Shown here: piece by piece, positions 26,763-41,593 of the stretch
Layout of the letters: every line of letters begins with the position of its first letter
Position numbering within the stretch: position 1 is the stretch's first letter
DNA from: Octopus sinensis
Taxonomy: Eukaryota
NCBI RefSeq assembly: GCF_006345805.1
Contig: NC_043007.1
Span: forward strand, 68,324,001-68,388,000
Reading direction: 5' to 3'
DNA: 64,000 bases
Position numbers and translations under genes: made by a program
The notes under the pieces: generated by a model
Told to the model about the DNA's origin: nothing
Seen by the model: only the letters and a program-made list of their open reading frames with translations
The model's database searches: none

Positions 26763-27360
26763 TTTGTGTTTTGGGAGAGTCATTATGCCAATATTATTAA
26801 CACACGCACTGGTTTAATTCCACTCCTTTATTTTTAGTCAATTGGTTAAATATCCAACTAACTAATCGATTGTTTGTTTAATTTAATTAAGCAGCAAGTC
26901 AATTATTTTTGTTTTGTTTGTCAAAGCTCTTTTGTTGCTACTTAATATAAGATGATACAAAGCAAAATACTTCGTAAATTTAATATAGAACGAAAAGAGA
27001 TTGTCTTAAAAAAATGCTTTGAATTGATATTTTGAAAATCTTCAAGGCTGCTAAAGCGATGTGATATAATTCAATATTGAAGCTACTATATCATGAAATT
27101 CGACACTCGAATGTCGTTTTGAAAGTAGCTACTTGCAGCCATTCCAGTGACTAAGAAGAAAGTCATTGCAAAGATTGCAAGTAGCAACCAAAGAGCTTTG
27201 ATAAAAAAAGAGAAAACAAATGACTTACTGTTTAGTCAAATTAAACAAATGATCGATTAATTAAGTTAAATATTTAACCAATTAACTAAAAATAAATGAG
27301 TACAATTGAACCACTGCATGTGTCAATAATATTGGCATAATTACTCTCACTAGACACAAA
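26763..27360. mobile_element. MITE-like element with ~135-bp terminal inverted repeats
   Basis: 26763-26902 (tttgtgttttgggagagtcattatgccaatattattaacacacgcactgg...) is roughly 80% identical to the reverse complement of 27222-27360. No clear TSD. Confidence 0.8.
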
Positions 27361-29156
27361 AAATTTGTTTCAATACACGAATTCACATAAAGAATCTTGC
27401 AAACCAGATACAAAAACATATTAGATAAAGTAATAAAAATTACTTTCGACAACTTATGAGCAGTTACTATTTAGGAACTACACATGTGTTTATATATGCA
27501 TGATTTAAACGTATGCTTTTCTGTAACAGGCAGTTGTTTGGGGAATCAATAAAACTAATGTAAGTGCATTGAGTGATGAATCTACCTGTTGGGGATCTTA
27601 TCATCATTGGTTATAATATGTGGAAAGAAATGGCTCATCTCATGAAAATGGTTTGATTAAAATGCAAAAATATCTTTCCCATATCATCTCCTATCATTAT
27701 TTTTTTTTCATACTAACATTTATTTATATGTTTTTGTAAACAAATGCATGTAGCATTTAATATAGATATTTATTTCCTTTCTTGCGATAAACGACGACAG
27801 TGGATTACAAAGTAAAGCACATGATTACTGTAATTTGTTTTCGCGGGCTACACTGCTTTCTGGAATAGCTGTGTGGTTAAGGCATTCGATTCGCAACTAC
27901 ATCCTTTCGTTGCTTCATTCCTACTACGTGACATCTCGGGCAAGTGTTTCCTGCTATAGCTTCGAGGTGATCAATGCATTCTTTACAGAAAGCAAAAGTC
28001 GAAGAGAGATAAAGGAACAAAATGCAGCTGTGTTTGTCTAATACTCGGGAAGGATGGAAAAATATTTGACCTTTCGAGCCTACGCTCTTCGACAGAATGG
28101 ATTAAGAGGGAAGAAAAACGAAGTGAGAAGGAAAACAAAACGGAAGGAGAAAAACATTTGTAGGAGTTAACTGTTCAATATGATATTTCTATCCTTTCTT
28201 TAGAACAGTGTTTGTATTGGTACATATATATATGCATGTGTTGGTGTGTTTGTGTGCCAGCGTCTGTACATCAGTACTAATGTGTATGCGTGTATGTCAG
28301 TCTTTGCATGTGAGAGTACAGTATATATTTTTATGAGCTACTAATAGTTTCGTCCGAAAACAACACAGACAGCATGTTATAACACGTCTACTGTCATCAC
28401 GTATCCTGTCTATCACGTCCGCTTCCTCAAGCTCTGCCCACATGGCATAACAAACTAAACCAGGACAATAGAATAAGAGAAAGTACGAGAAAAGGCAAGA
28501 AGGAAGTAAATGCAAAAGGTGGAAGGTTGAAAATACTAGGAAAGAAAACAAATGGGCTGGAGAATGTTATGTTACTGATAATATTATAAATAATAGACTT
28601 TATTTTGTTATATACAGACTTTGCGACCAATGTATATAAACAGGAATTTAAAATTGTATGGACAGATTCCCCTTTAAAGATAAAACTTTTACATGCATAC
28701 AATAAATAGCCGTGATTCGCAGAAGTGCTTCATGAGGACAAAGCTCGGATTTTAGACTGATATATTTATATATCGTTGCTATTATGTTAAAATGCATGTT
28801 TTTCAAATTTTGATTTTCCTTGCAACACCCGGTTCTTTTCGTCAAACTAACGTAACTCCAGCTGTTTTAGATGCCATATGAAAATTGTCAAAGTGTAATA
28901 CATCGGTTTAGCATTAGGATTTTTCAAAAGTATTGTAAATCCCACATACAACATTTTTGCCACAATGTTTCTGACTGAAAATAGCATACATGCATGGAGT
29001 TTCGATTTTATGAACCCAACAAAATATTATTGTTAAGCTGTAGCTGTTGCTGATGTAAGAAGAAATAAAATGGTGAAACTACTTTTTCGTTTTCTGAAAA
29101 AGCAACGTTTTGGACTTATGATACATTTGATGGAAGCAACAATATATATATATATA

Positions 29157-30126
29157 TGTAGTGCGTTAGGTATTTGAGGACATACCTTTTGGGGGTCATT
29201 GCTAAATTATTTGCTAACTCTTTATAATCTTTGTTTCAGAAAATAATAATGGCAGACCCTCAGCTTACAGAGGAAATGAAGAGGTATGCTGTTATTGTGG
29301 TGATAAAGGCTGAGTATAGCGATTTTGAAATATCACGATTTTTAAAAGTTGGCAGATCTTTCGTCTACAAGGTTTGTAAGGTGACAGAGATTGAAGATTG
29401 AAACGTATCACCAGTGTCAAAGCATAAGAAGCATTCTAAGCGCTCTGAAATCACCAGAACACTTCAATTTATCCAGCAAGTTCAACAGACCATTGATTAC
29501 AATTCCAGAAAATCCATGAGGTCAATTGCAAAAGACCTTCGTGTGTCAGAAGGAGCAGTCAGAAATGTTGTCCACGAAGACAGAAGTTTTATATGATGAG
29601 AGGAAAGGTCAATTTGTTAGAAAAAGCAAAATAAAATCATTACATAAAATATTAAAGGTCCTTAAACAAACCTGAAAATCGAGAAGACTTGATTTGGTTT
29701 TTCTCAAGCGAGAAAAACTTCGACCAAGATCTAACATGGTTCAAATAACACATTTTTATGATTACATAACTCCTAACATTTCGCCTCCTAATTCCACAGA
29801 TCTCAATCTATTGGATTATTACATGTGGAGCGTTGATGAGAGAGAGAGGGGTCAATGAACACGCCCATAACACCAAAAATTCTCTGAAAGCTGCCATAGT
29901 CAGAGTAATGTCGGAAATGAATGAGGACCACTTGATTCGAGCGTGTAGGTGATTTAGATGTCATATTGAAACGGTTTTTGATGCTGAAGGTGGCTTTATT
30001 GAATAACATTATAGAAAAGAAGGTTTATTTTCATCCTCATAGCATTTTTTGATAACTAAAATTATTATTTGTTATATAACTGTTGTTATAAACATGAAGC
30101 AGTCCTCAAATATCTTACGCAACCTG
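29157..30126 (+). mobile_element. Tc1/mariner-superfamily transposon (maT/DD37D-like), internally deleted
   Basis: TIR cores tgcgttaggtatttgaggac and gtcctcaaatatcttacgca with TA at 30127. Peptides MADPQLTEEMKRYAV..., KSMRSIAKDLRVSEGAVRNVVHED, and PPNSTDLNLLDYYMWSV...RACR.FRCHIETVFDAEGGFIE*. Confidence 0.85.
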
Positions 30127-30194
30127 TATGTGTGTGTGTGTGTGTAAAAATATATGTATGTATATAGTTATATATAAATATATATATATATATT

Positions 30195-30336
30195 CAGTTC
30201 CAATGCGTAGCACCTGGGCAAGTGTCTTCTGTTGTAGCCTCTGGTCGACCAAATCCTTGTTAGTGGATTTGGTAAACGGAAACCGAAAGAAGCCGGTTGT
30301 ATATATATATATATGTGTGTGTGTGTATATATATAT

Positions 30337-30385
<49 letters not shown>

Positions 30386-30655
30386 TAATATATATATATA
30401 TATATTATATATATATATATATATTGCGGAGTGTTGGTGTGTGTGTGTAAGTATATATTTGTGTGTGTCTGTATTTGTTCCCCTCACCATTTCTTGACAA
30501 CCGATGTTGGAGTATTTACCTCCCCGTAACCTAGCAGTTCGGCAAAAGTGACGGATAGGCTTACAAATAATAGGTCCTGGAGTTAGATTTGTTCGACTAA
30601 ATGCGGTGCTCCAATATGGCCGCAGTCAAATGACTGAAACAAGTAAAAGAGTAAT
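30195..30655 (+). mobile_element. Family B SINE lacking its 5' head, with expanded internal (TA)n/(TG)n
   Basis: acctgggcaagtgtcttctg...ggatttggtaaacggaaacc, a ~175-bp microsatellite, and tail ggtgctccaatatggccgcagtcaaatgactgaaacaagtaaaagag. Confidence 0.88.
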
Positions 30656-30734
30656 ATATGTAATGATAATATGGTATATTATGATAAAATATAACACTTC
30701 TCATTTATTTAAGATTACTTCTCTTTTATTTAAA

Positions 30735-31040
30735 GATATTTTGGTTTATCTGTTTCTATAAAAAATGAACATGATTCAGTTAATTATCTCGACGTTAATC
30801 TAATCCTTTTTACCGGACAGTACAGTCCATATCATGAACCTAGTAATAATTTGAAATATATTAACTTTAATAGTAACCATCCTAAATCAATAAGAATCAC
30901 TTTGGTTAATAATATTTCGAGACGTGTTCCATATTTACCTTCTAATGAGGAAATATTTCATAATAATGCAGAATATTATAATGTTGCCCTTAAAAAAGCG
31001 GGATACTTGGCTAGAATACTTATAATACGAATAAGGACTA
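30735..31040 (+). pseudogene. Penelope-like RT/thumb fragment
   Basis: VNYLDVNLIL...YSPYHEPSNNLKYINFNSNHPKSI...EEIFHNNAEYYNVALKKAGY is collinear with the Penelope ORF at 57.7 kb (NFLDVTLDL..YYPYHKP...NSNHPKNI...YYNEAL..SGF). Confidence 0.85.
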
Positions 31041-31077
31041 AATAAATTTCGTTATATATATATATATATATATATAT

Positions 31078-31222
31078 ATACGACGGTCTTCTTTCAGTTT
31101 TCGTCAACCAAATTCACTCGCAAGGTCCTGGTCGGCCGGAGGCTATAGTAGAAGACACATGCTCAAGTTGCCACGCAGTGGAACTGAACTTTGAACCATG
31201 TGGTTGGTAAGCAAGCTACTAA
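31078..31222 (-). mobile_element. Family B SINE 5' half
   Basis: Reverse complement of the head and core, ending at the internal (TA)n. Confidence 0.8.
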
Positions 31223-31949
31223 TCACACAGACACACACACATATATATATATACACACACATAAACGTTCAACAGGGTAATATAGAAACCTATTTACTTA
31301 CATATACGCAAGTAATCTGTCGTACATTTTCCTCCAAAGACTCAATTATTGTCATGATACTTAACGAAAAATTACTTAATTAACAGAATAGTTAATGAAG
31401 TAATTAGTTATGATTTCTTCAGAGAAATTATGAACAATAATGAATTATTCTATAGAGTGATTGTAACCGAAATAGCCCCAATAATTTAATATTCTCTATT
31501 GACTTCTCATAAAGAATGAAATTAGCGTTTTGAACTTGGAAGTTTACCATCTTGAAGTTTTGATAAAATCCTCTATTTTAACGCTTGGTTACATGATATC
31601 TATGAAAGAAATTTGACTTTTCCCAGTATTCTATAAAAGATATACTTTTCCCAGTATTCTATAAAAGATATTTCATAAGAAGGTAAATTGCATGAGTGTA
31701 AAAATAACGGATTATTGTTAATTTTGATTATAGATACAATTCTTTGATAAGAAAGTCCCAAACAAGACACGGAGCCACTTAGTGTAAGGGACTATTAAGA
31801 AGGAGAAATGAAGACCAAAGGAATAAATTTACTTTAGACTTTAGAAGCTCAGGTTAAAAGCAAATGGAAAACAATGAGATGGAAGAGAGTTCCAAAGTCT
31901 GGCAGTTTGAGGAGAAAGACTATGACAGTCGAAATGCTAAGGTAGTTAA

Positions 31950-32193
31950 TGATACCTTCTCGAGTCATACAGACTCACAAGGGCCGCTTTCACGGTTTCA
32001 TGGCGTATACATTCCTCACTTGGATGGGACGTCGGTCCATCGTAGTACTCATTCTTACCGACTAAGTGGACTAAGGCAATGTGAAATGAAATGTTTTGCT
32101 CAAGAACAGAACGCGTCGCTCGGCCCTCGAATCGAAACCTCAATCTTACGACCATGATTCCAGCATCCTAACCACTAAGCCACGTTCCCTCCA
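31950..32193 (-). mobile_element. Family C tRNA-derived SINE (V-domain-like)
   Basis: A box tggcttagtgg, B box ggtttcgattc, and ctacgatggaccgacgtcccatcc segment shared with the 63305 copy. Confidence 0.8.
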
Positions 32194-32520
32194 CTAACAT
32201 CGAAAACATTCCTTATTTGTGAAAGCACAACAACATTTGAATGAAAACTCTGTGAGTTTTGATTCAGGCGAGAGGGCACTAAAAAGATCTGGAACTAAAA
32301 ACAGGTTCATTAGAGCATTTCCTTTGGTATTAACGATATAAAAGAGCAAGCCTGGTGAAGTCACATCGATGTGACAAAGGTGGCAGAGTTGAAGCAACGG
32401 CGGAACCAGTCAAAGCTGCGACTCGATTCTGAACCCAGTCAAGAAGACTCAAGTGACATGATGGTGCACCCGCCCAAATATGTGAGGTAGTCCTTTGACC
32501 TATACAATAACACAAAGATG
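32194..32520 (-). pseudogene. LINE (CR1/L2-group) ORF2 C-terminal fragment
   Basis: SHIWAGAPSCHLSLLDWVQNRVAAL...TLPPLSHRCD..S..LLFYR resembles post-RT C-terminal motifs of CR1-group LINEs. Clade is uncertain. Confidence 0.7.
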
Positions 32521-32645
32521 CGAGAATTGACTGCTAAGAAACCCAAGAAAAATCAGGTGAGAAAGTAAGGACAAACAATTTCAAAAGAAGTCTTTAAAGG
32601 GGTTCCATCAACTGAACGACTTGCTTATAGAGTTATCATACTATA

Positions 32646-33061
32646 GGCGCAGGAGTGGATGTCTGGTACGTAGCTTGCTTACCAACCACAAGGTTCTGGG
32701 TTCATTCCCACTGCGTGGCACCTTGGGCAAGTGTCTTCTACTATAGCCTCGGGGCCGACCAAAGCCTTGTGAGTGGATTTGGTAGATGGAAACTGAAAGC
32801 AGACCGTCGTATATATGTGTATATATATATAGGTATGTGTGTGTATACGTTTGTGTGTCTGTGTTTGTCACCCCAACATCGCTTGACAACCGATGCTGGT
32901 ATGTTTACGTCCCCGTAACTTAGCGGTTCGTCAAAAGAGACCAATAGAATAAGTACTAGGCTTACAAAGAATAAGTCCTGGGGTTGATTTGCTCGACTAA
33001 AGGTGGTGTTTTTGCATGGCCGCAGTCAAATGACTGAAACAAATAAAAGAATAAAAGAATA
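32646..33061 (+). mobile_element. Family B SINE, full length
   Basis: ggcgcaggagtgg...ggttcattccc, ggcaccttgggcaagtg, internal (TA/TG)n and (aaagaata)n tail. Confidence 0.92.
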
Positions 33062-33499
33062 CAAGTGGCTGAGTATACCGCAGATTTATGGACGCATGTT
33101 TAACATAATTTTTAAGGTGAATTATCCTTAGCGAGCAAAGGTTCAACCTTTGAATTACAGTTTCAATCTATCATCTCGGCTTCCACTCAATTTCCGTCTA
33201 CCCAATTTTACTATTAGAGTTTCTGTCGACGCGACGTTATAGATTAAGACATTTGCCAACTATGGGATCGAACTTGCGATTTTATGATTTCGAGGCGAAA
33301 GATTTAATTCTTTCTTTATACTGCCTGTGAGTTAAACGAAAATAAAGAGATGAACCTCCATGGGCTTAAAATTCATTAACGATAGCATAGAAGCTTTTGT
33401 GTATGTTTTTAGTTGTGTTCACAGAATAACAAGCGATAGTGCTGGCGATAATTATGGGAAGAAAATAAGAAATGAAGCCTGTATGTGTTAAATAGGTTT

Positions 33500-33509
33500 A
33501 CATGTGTGA

Positions 33510-33569
<60 letters not shown>

Positions 33570-33831
33570 CTATGCTTGTGTGTGAGAGTGAGAGAGAGAA
33601 AGAAAGAGATTAGAGGAGTGAGAGAGTATGCAAAGCGTGGGTGATGAAATAAGTTAAGTTCACTTAAGTATATGTGAGAGATAAATATGCGAGAACGGTT
33701 GTGTTTGTGTGTGTGGTGAGTGGTGAGCGTGTGCGCGCACGCGTGTGTGTGATGAGTAACGCAAAGGATAAGTGGTTGTCGTGCGTGTGCAAGGTGTCAA
33801 GGATATACATATATATATATATATATATATG

Positions 33832-33897
<66 letters not shown>

Positions 33898-34850
33898 CAT
33901 ATCTATATACGAGTGTGTGGGTGTATGTGTATATGTCTTTCAGTGCATAGATTAGAAAGAAGGAGGAAGGAATTGTATTGAGCATGTTTATGCATACATG
34001 TGTGTGTGTGTGTGTGATTTAGGTGTGTAGGCAGGAAATTTTGCTGTTGTTATGTGTTCTTGTGCGCCTGCGTGTGTGGGTGTCTTGGTGTGAGTGTGCA
34101 TTTGGGTAGCTACGGCGGTTAGTGTGTGCGTTGCGCTTATGTATGTATTGTTTTCGTGCCTGGATAAGCACTAGTGCAGCGGAGTGCATGCGTATGTATG
34201 TATGTATGTATGTATGTATGTATGTATGTATGTATGTATGTATGTATGTATGTATGTATGTACGTATGTATGTATGTATTTATGTATGTCTATCTGTATG
34301 TATGTAAGAGTGTATGTGTATGAACGTATGTATGTATGTGTGTAAAAGTGTACGTATGAATGTATATAATTGTGTATGTATATATGTATGTTTGTATGTA
34401 TGTATGTGTGTGTATTTGTTTTAGAGGAAACCTTGTTCATTGTTCAATATCAGCAGAGTTACATGTGATTAAGTGGAAACTAAACTGCTGCTCAGTACGA
34501 AGACACAAAAAATAGGAGTGCCATAGCGCGGTACAAGTCGAGGTGGCCTGATAAAGTGAAGTAGTTGTTTGCAAGCCTCAGTAATCCGCTTATTGTGTAG
34601 GAAATTTAATGGGCTCCTCTTCGTTTTGCTATGCAGATTATGCTTGTCAAAAATATACCACATTCTTCTATACATAATAGTCAGTTGGTCAGAAATTAGC
34701 CTCAATCTCTCTTTCTGTCTCCGTATATATACATATACATACACAACATACATGCATACGCATATACATACATACATACATACATACATACATACATACA
34801 TACATACATACATACATACATACGTACATGTATACATAGATACATACGAA
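33500..34850. repeat. Microsatellite field (TG)n, (TA)n, (TATG)n, (TACA)n
   Basis: Seen directly, with unique spacers between tracts. Confidence 0.85.
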
Positions 34851-35071
34851 GGAAATCTGAGACGTTCCTGGCATTAAAGCTTTCGCGAAAGGCGTGATTG
34901 TAGGTCCATACTTCTGAGTTCATTTACTAGGCTTAGATAAACTAAAGGGCCTCAGTAATAGGTGCATGAATCTGAGAGGGGGATATGCTGAATAAAATCA
35001 TAATCAACTGATCCTCCTGTATTTTCTTTTACCCATGATACACACACACACAAACACGCACATACACACAG

Positions 35072-35103
<32 letters not shown>

Positions 35104-36864
35104 ATTTTGTCGCCACTGATTGTGACTTAGTGTGCCGAAACTCATATATTGCAAGAAATAAGAATTAAAATGTATTAGTTCTGTAAAGGCGCAATATATA
35201 TATACGGACAAGGGAGATAACCACCTCATGAGCGTGTCTAGAATTACAAGACTAGACTAGATTCGCCTATCAGTCGTGGGCACGTGATTTATGACTAATT
35301 TAGTTAAATTCTAATGCATATATCAAAAATTAATATAAACAGCTAGGCGAAATATAATAGTGGTCCTAGAGACGGTTTTATGGCGGTTATCTTTCCCGTC
35401 ACTCTATATATATATCGGAAGATTCTTATAGAATTAAGAGTTGCAATCTTTTTGATATAGTTTTGTTTCTCTTTGAGACTCACACACAATTGCTATCAAA
35501 TTCTAATTGAAATGGAAATTACATTATATTGAATATTTACTGTGTACGGCATTCTATGCCTGAACATCAACTTAATTTTACAGTTTCATGACGTTGACCC
35601 TATTGAAGTAGTTTAATTTAGCTCTTGATTAATTTTAATTCGATACACACTAACACATAAGACCACATGCATCCCCAACTTATTCGTCTTCAAGTTATCG
35701 TGCCATTATCCATATTAACCATATTTTGTCACCAATCAGGCATACACTGATTGTTGTGTACAATCCTATTCCCACAAAACATGAACCCTGTTGGATTGTG
35801 ATCTTACTCAAGTAATTTTTAGTTCCTGCAGTTGTCGACATGCAAATTTTATGGTGAACATAATCTGTATTAATTTCTCCAGTTGTAGAACAACAACGGA
35901 GGTCATAGCCGCAAGTGTTTTCCTCTGAATGAATAATTTAAAACCAAAATGATATCTTTGATCGATGGTCGTAAACATTCCTACAATCGAAGAGCGTAAC
36001 ACTCGATTAATTTTAAGTGAGGAATGCATTACAGACTGCAACACGTAACAGGGAATTAACAATGGAACAGCTGAATGAAAAAGCATAGTTTAAGATTGTA
36101 GTGGTTCATTCTGCCTCTCAAACAGAAGGGTCCACGTCGCTCTCAATGAAGAACACTCGGTTATTCAACCATTAAATGCCTAATTTAGGTATTAGCTTGT
36201 AAGCGAATGTGTACTCAATGTAAATGTGAACCATTAAAGCAAAATTCAAGACAGTTAAGTAAACAATTTAACAAGCCTGGAACTCTGAGATACAAGCACA
36301 ATCAAGGAAGAAATAAAGTGAAAGAAAGAGGGGAAAGTGAGGGAAAGTGATTACTGGACTGGTACTTTATTTACTGAACCCAAAGGAGTGTGAAAGATAA
36401 ATTCGACTATGGTGAGATTTGAACTCTGGCAAGATTACCGTAAACATTTTATTTGAAATTTTGATGATTTTACCAACAGGCAGATTGTTTTTCATGTGTA
36501 ATGTAAGATAACACATTTGTGACGAAACCAAAGATGTGTGTACATATGCGTATATATTTAAACCAGATATCCTAGATACAGCAAAAATCTGGTTTCCAGG
36601 TAAATATTTACAGAATTAGACTAAAATTATCCTGTCAACATTTAGAAAAAATAACAAAGTGAATAAAATGTGAAAATCAAACGATGTGTAGTAAAGCATA
36701 AAACTTGCAGCCACTGTTTATTCGATACAGAATATCTTGTCCCAATTAGTGAAAAGGTAAAAGGTTAATTTAATTTCGCTAATGATACATACATACAAAC
36801 ATACATACCTATGTACGTACATACGTACCTATGCATAGATACTTACATATACATAGGCACACGC

Positions 36865-36953
<89 letters not shown>

Positions 36954-37225
36954 CATCTATGAATATATGGGTGTCTATTCACACGCACATACACACACAC
37001 ATTATGTTGATGTTCGGTTAGAAAAACAATTTTATATTGATCTTATTGGTAACTCTATACTCATTTAGAGTACAAATACTTATTATTCTTATACAAGAAT
37101 GACTGTGACCTCGAAGTTTCAGCTAGATAAGCAGTTCGACAGTGGCTTAGCTGGCTGAAAGTTTGAAGTTATTCTCCGCAACATTCTTGTTTAAGAATTA
37201 TATATACTATCTTACCAATAATTAC

Positions 37226-37323
<98 letters not shown>

Positions 37324-37588
37324 CTTTTATTCTTTTACTTCTTTCAGTCATTTCACTGCGGTCATGCTGGAGCACCACCTTAAGGGGTATTAGTTGAACA
37401 AATCGATCCCAGGTTGGCGTGCATTATCGTTTCGGAAAAAGAAACCGATAAAATAAATACTAGGCTTCACAAATATATATAAATGGATCACTAAGCAAAT
37501 CATTTATGCAGATCGTCCGGCAAATGCTGAACACTCATACGCCGTCTTCTTCGGGAGAGTTCATTATTATTATTATTTTTATTATTAC

Positions 37589-37640
<52 letters not shown>

Positions 37641-38681
37641 GAGAAGCGAAATGACGAGATAAATCTGCTTTCAAACATTTTGTCTCCTTTAATCATTCAT
37701 GAGTAAAAATTACATGGATATCGATTACAGCTTTTGATACAGCGAGTCCTGTATACCCAAAACAATACCGTTGCTTGTACACACTATATATGTGTTTTCT
37801 TCAGGTAATATAATAATAAATGCTCGAACTTGAAGTAATCGATAGCATCTTGATTAGTAGAATATATTTTGAGTATAGTGCAGTCGACAAGAGCGCCGTA
37901 CGTTATATAATGTACTTTAGGTCAAAACAGAAATCAATATTACTGCAGGGTCCTTTAAATCGCCTCAATCACGTTATTAGATTAATAGCTACGTGAAATT
38001 AAGACAAGATGAATGATAAGCAACGGCGTTTTGATAATGCCATGACGACGACAACAACAACAGCAACAACAAAAATGATAGCAATCAGTATGGCAGGAAT
38101 AATTGTAATAAGTAGAAATTAAAGTAGAAACAATTTCCATAAATGAAAATAGAGATTATATCCCTAAGAAATTTTCCAAATACCCTACTTGTGAAGTCAG
38201 TCAATAATCACTGTAGTATATAACACTTCGTACAAAACTCTTAATGTCAATAAGTTAATAAAGATAGCACTTGTGATTTAATATACGATATACTTGTAAA
38301 TCGCGCTATCTTGTAGTCAATTAAGAAAGAGTTTAAGAGTTTTAAAATCTACATTGATTAATTATTTGAATTAACTACAATTGCAAAACCTATACAGGGT
38401 TATTAGTAATGGTCATTAGCCTCCTCAGGATTAGTTAAAGTGACTACAACATAATGCATGCACACATGCATACATGCATCCATACATATATCTATACTTA
38501 CATAGACATATACATAGATACATACATGCCTATATACATACATGTGTAGGTATATGTATATGTCTATGAGCCTGCCTGTATGTATATATATATATGTGCG
38601 AGTGAGTGTGTGTGCGTGCTTGTGTACGTGTGTGTGCTTATATATACATACGGATACATACATGCATAAATACATACATAC

Positions 38682-38719
<38 letters not shown>

Positions 38720-38984
38720 AACAAAAACGCAATGGAGGGCAATCAAACATTCGGACAGATAGACGATACAAAGGCGGGCAGCAGAAACAACAATTAGAAG
38801 GACAGGGCGAAAAATGGGCGGGTCATTCGTGACCTTATTTCTTCAGTCAAGTTACCAGATAACCTGACGGTTTCGGACAATTACACTTGAGAGAGTTCGA
38901 TCTGGTTGCCCCCCAAAAAGTCTAAGCTAAGAGCATTAGATTTTTTGTAAGGAAGCTAGCGTATAAGGGTATATGTACAGCAAC

Positions 38985-39268
38985 AAAGACTCATTGATGT
39001 GTCTCATGACTCCAAGTCCGGGAGTGAACCCGGTTTCCATGGTGTATAAGTGAGTGAGATTCATGTAATCCCTTGTAAACGGGACGCCTGTCCATCGTAG
39101 AGTTAACTTTCCAGCTATTGCTCGAATTTATATAGAGCTGAGCGATCTGGATCCACGTGAAATGAAATGTTTGGCAATAGATCAACGCATCGCTTGGTCT
39201 GGCAATAGAAACAATAGAAACCATGCACTTATGAGCATGCTGCTTCATTTACCACTAGGCCACCCGCT
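38985..39268 (-). mobile_element. Family C SINE, decayed
   Basis: A box tggcctagtgg (reverse complement at 39251-39262) and V-like ctacgatggacaggcgtcccgt. Confidence 0.7.
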
Positions 39269-40696
39269 TTCATCAACGTTTACTATTGTTGACAAACTGA
39301 AAGTGAACATGATAGCACAATGTTTAGCATTGTTTACGAGACTACACTTCTTAGGAGCGAGGCACTCTGTTGAAAGTTTTCACTTCTTGAATGTAAATAA
39401 TGTAAATAATGTAAGTAATGCATACTTACCTTGTGTTATTTGTTATGGTTCTTTAGGTTCGGAATGAAAAACATGCGAAGTGAACTTTACGTATCGTTCA
39501 GAGAACGATAAAATAAGACACTAAAATTGTCTTCTTTCTCTTTCACTCTGTCTCTCGCTTTCTATCCTTCTGTATCTGCATCTCTTTATCTCTTTTTCTT
39601 TACTCCGTTGAGAATCGGCTGCACGGCACTAAGAATATGTTTTGGAAACTATTGTATTCTTCTTTCCAAAGAAGGCCACGATTACTTTATCTAAGTAGAA
39701 CAATATAGTTAGTGGCGGTCTGATTGTATGATGTATGATTGTACTGGAAATCAACAATGATGTTGATAACTAACTCTCAATATTATACTTGTCGAACAGT
39801 TTCTAATGATCAAAGATCTTGTTTCCGACAATACCTATTTTATTAAAGAATAATATATCTTGGGTTTAATTATCCATCACAGTTTTATTCAATTCTGCAG
39901 AATATCATTGAAATTTATTTTGCGTCTACTTTTAGCAGGTTTAGTAACATCATTAAGGTACCCAGATTGGTTCACAGAACTCTTCAATGATTAATTAGTA
40001 TTGGATAACATGTGTAGAAGTTCATGGTATATGCAAATTTAGAAAGCAAAAAATAGAGCCGTTCAACAAGAAATTTAATTTAGATGCAGCATCTTACTGT
40101 GTATTTCCCTTTCACTCATTTTCCTTTCTCAAACTTCTTCATTTGAAAAATATAATGATGTGACTCCAAAACGTTTTTCTATATAATTAAATATGTTTCA
40201 AAATATAAATACCTTATTCAATTGAAAACAAGTTAAGAAATAAGGAATATCAGGTAAACTTTCAGAAAAATTAAGAATAAATATAGAGTACAGTACAGCA
40301 ATTTGATGCCATGGAAAGTTCTAAATTATGTGGTGTAGCAATTTATAACATGTAGCACCAAACATGACTCTTTTTGTTTTTGTTAAATGACACGGATGTA
40401 CAGCATCAGTGCTTATTTCTGATTTCTGTTGAATTAAACAGCTGGGTATATATAAAAAAGATTTGATGAGACAAATCTAAAAGAAAAATAGTACAAATCA
40501 ATAACTAATTAAAACAATAAATAGCAAATAAATATTTATAATTAGATAAAAACGTTACGATCTAATTCAGTCATACTAACAAGGGATATCTCTTGCTATA
40601 CTTATTCACACTTAAATACCTCAAATTTAAAGAAAGGGACGCACTGAGCAAGTAAACAACTAAGCCAGCGAAGTACACAGTAAGAAAAACTATCTC

Positions 40697-40925
40697 TCTT
40701 TACGTTTTTACTCGTTTCAGTCATTTGACTGTGGCCATGCTGGAGCACCGCTTTTAGTCGAGCAAATCGACCCCCAGGACTTATTCTTTGTAAGCCTAGT
40801 ACTTATTCTATCGGTCTCCTTTGCCGAACCGCTAAGTGACGGGGACGTAAGCACACCACCATCGGTTGTCAAGCGATGTTGGAGGGGGGACAAACACAGA
40901 CACACAAGCATACACACACACACAC

Positions 40926-40956
<31 letters not shown>

Positions 40957-41120
40957 CGACGGTCTTCTTTCAGTTTCCGCCTACCAAATCCACTCACAAG
41001 GCTTTGGTCGGCCCGAGGCTATAGTAGAAGACACTTGTCCAAGGTGCGACGTAGTGGGACTGAAACCAGAACAATGTGGTTTGTAAGCAAGCTACTTACC
41101 AGACAGCCACTCCTACGCCT
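40697..41120 (-). mobile_element. Family B SINE, full length
   Basis: Reverse complement closely matches the 32646 copy from head to tail. Confidence 0.92.
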
Positions 41121-41593
41121 GTCGTTAATTTTTCAGAATGCATTCTACATTACTATTCAACAGGAGAGTTCAAAATCTTTCTGCAACGCCACAAAGGGAA
41201 AACTTATAAAAATAAATCGGTAACTGAAAACGAAAATGGGAACTAAAAAGGAAATTGTTAAATGACTTTCGTCGAGATGTTTACTATGGCAGGTCTATGT
41301 CGTGAAGATTACATAACTAGTACTTTGCGCTACGTGAACGATTGTTGTTACTGCTTAGGGTAAAGTTTCTCCCGTTCTGCAGTGATCTTAGCACTCTTGA
41401 GGGAACGTGATAAATCGAGCACGTCGGCTGAAGTAATTGACTAATATTTTGTTTTGTTTTCTTCAAAAAGATAAAAGACAAAAATGATCATCCGTGGAAT
41501 AAAGTTGAACTCAGAACGTAAAGAGTTGGAAGAAGCAACACAGCCCCCATGACTTTCGGAAACATTTTTTCACGCTAAGAGTTGCTGAAGTAA

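Noticed and set aside
28297-28551. Minus-strand ORF containing MWAELEEADVIDRIRDDSRRVITCCLCC
   Set aside because: It is short, has no recognisable domain and has no convincing splice or start context.
32646-32720. tRNA-like A/B boxes here and at other SINE heads
   Set aside because: No complete cloverleaf could be folded, and each head continues into a SINE body, so none is called a tRNA gene.
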